The translations under genes were made by a program, and so were the position numbers. From NCBI GenBank assembly GCA_030390025.1, contig CM059441.1:62558001-62622000 (forward strand): 64,000 nt of DNA, written 5' to 3'. The notes beneath the pieces are model-generated. The model saw nothing but the letters and a program-made list of their open reading frames with translations, did no database searches and was not told where the DNA came from. This document shows positions 62,185 through 64,000 of this stretch, in pieces. Positions within the stretch are counted from its first letter, which is position 1. Every line of letters starts with the position of its first letter. This DNA is from Squalus acanthias. Taxonomy: Eukaryota.

Positions 62185-63234
62185 AATTAATTTCCCTGCC
62201 ATTTCCTTATTCCCCATTATTATTTCTCCTGTCTCAGCCTGTAAGGGACCTACATTTACTTCCGCTAATCTTTTCCTTTTTACATAACTATAGAATCTTT
62301 AACAGTTTGTTTTTATGTCTCTCACTAGTTTACTCTCATTCTATTTACCCTTTCTTTATCAAGTTCTTGGTCCTCCTTTGCTGAATTCTAAAATCCTCCC
62401 AATCCTCAGGCTGTTTGTCGCAAATTATGAATTAATTCTTTAAATGGTAGCCAATGCTTGTTTTCCGTCATATCTTTTAATATAGTTTCCCAATCTACTT
62501 TAGCCAACTCACCCCTCATACCTATGTTGTTTGCTTTGTTTAGATTTAGGACCCTAGTTTCAGATATAACTAAATCACTTTCAAACTCAATATAAAATTG
62601 TATCATATTATGGGCACGCTTCCCTAAAGTCACCTTGACGTCAAGGTTATTAATTAACCCTTTCTCATTGCATAATACTAGATCTAAAATAGCCGGCTCC
62701 CTAGTTGGTTCCTCAACATAGTTATGTAGAAAACTATCTTGTTCCATACATTCCATGAATTCATCTTCCACACTATTACTGAAAATTTGGTTTGCCCAGT
62801 CTGTATGTTGCTTAAAGTCCCCCAAGATTACTGTATTACCCTTGTTACTTGCGCTTCTAATTTCCTGATTTATACTCTGCCCTACATTACAACTACTGTT
62901 TGGAGGCCAATAAACAAATCCTACCAATGTTTTCTGCCCCTTGCTGTTTCTTAGCTCCACCCCAACTGATTCTACTTCTTGATTTCATTATTGATTATTG
63001 TATTATCATTGTTACAAGCTCCTATGATTTGTTGATTAATACTCTGCCCAATGGCATACCTACTGTTTGGGGAGCTTATAATCTACTCACAACAGTGTTT
63101 TTTGCCACTTGTTATTTTTTATCTCCTACCACACTGATGGCACTTCGAAGGAATACAGTCCAAATCACATCGATGGCACCGTGGGACAAATGACTGCACG
63201 GGGGGCACAGCGAAGTGTAGAAATCCAGTTGTCA

Positions 63235-63890
63235 TAGGTGGGGAACAGGTCAGGAGATCGTAGTGGGAGAGAAGTTGAGGAGTTCAGAGAAAGTGAGAAG
63301 GTCATGATCTCAGAGGGGGAAGAAGGTCAGGAGCTCCGGGTGGGATGGGGGGGGGGGGCGGGGGCGGGGAGAAGGTCAGGAGCAAGGGGGTTAGGTCAGG
63401 AGCTCAGGGGAAAGGTTAAGAGCTCGGGGTGAAGGTGAGGAGCTCGGGGGTGGGGGGGGGGAAAGGTGGGCGGGAGAAGGTCAGGAGCTTAGATATGGAG
63501 AAGATCAGGAGGTTGGAGGGGGAGAAGGTCAGGAGCTCTGGGGAAGTTCAGGAGCTTGGAGGGGAGGAAGTCAGCAGCTTAGATATGGAAAAGGTCAGGA
63601 TGTCGGAGGAAGCGTAGGTCAATCTCGGAGGAGGGGAGAGGTTCAGGAGCTCGGCAGAGAAGGTCAGGAGCTCGGAGGGGTGGAGAACATCAGGAGTTTG
63701 GATGGGGAGAAGATCAGCGAATTGGAGGGCGTGAGGGTCAGTTGCTCGGAGAGGGGGGAGGAGACGTCAGCGGCTTGGAGGGGGATGAAAGTCAGCATCT
63801 TAGAGGAGAGGAAAGGGCAGGAGCTCGGAGGGGAGAGAAGGTCAGGCAGTTGCAGGAGGGGTAATGTCAGGAGCTTGTGGGGAGCAGGTC
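63235..63890 (+). repeat. Degenerate purine-rich minisatellite (GGAGAAGGTCAGGAGCTCGG-like)
   Basis: Recurrent GTCAGGAGCT core with G/A-rich spacers. Confidence 0.85.
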
Positions 63891-64000
63891 CCGAATGACT
63901 TTTGAAGTCAGTTTTTATTGGCGATTAAATATCTTTATAATTATATATCCTTTATAATAATAAAAACACAAAATGCTGGAAATACTCAGCAGGTCAGGCA

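Larger units (their letters stand above)
59290..63130 (-). mobile_element. Cluster of degraded CR1 fragments interleaved with MITEs
   Basis: ORFs 59252-59485, 60489-60737, 60766-61098 and 62406-62960 match CR1 ORF2 regions. Confidence 0.85.

Noticed and set aside
63962-64000. Start of another interspersed repeat (possibly Penelope-associated)
   Set aside because: Only ~40 bp is inside the window, too little to classify.

Overview
Eukaryotic, repeat-dense DNA. The CR1/L2 LINEs and Deu-domain SacSINE1-like SINEs point to a cartilaginous fish (shark-like); this is an inference. The window is a decaying Siglec-like (CD33/MAG-type V-set + C2-set Ig) receptor cluster. It is built from shuffled modules: promoter plus 5'UTR exon (4 copies), leader exon (1), V exon (2), C2 exon (2), and a terminal cytoplasmic exon with two YxN motifs plus 3'UTR/AATAAA (3 copies, missed by the ORF track). 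No transmembrane exon and no intact receptor gene is visible. Bases 1-14269 and 14680-30656 are a giant inverted duplication that folds at a GC-rich element and a 200-N assembly gap. In three units the promoter/exon 1 is followed directly by the terminal tail exon, forming 'head+tail' mini-loci. One of these would splice onto an ATG and give a 43-aa tyrosine-motif micropeptide. Also present: near-full-length CR1s with 46-bp 5' monomer arrays, Harbinger-type MITEs, an inverted half-exon, and a degraded ~6 kb LTR element with gag-like and env-like traces. All identities are estimates by eye; no searches were run.
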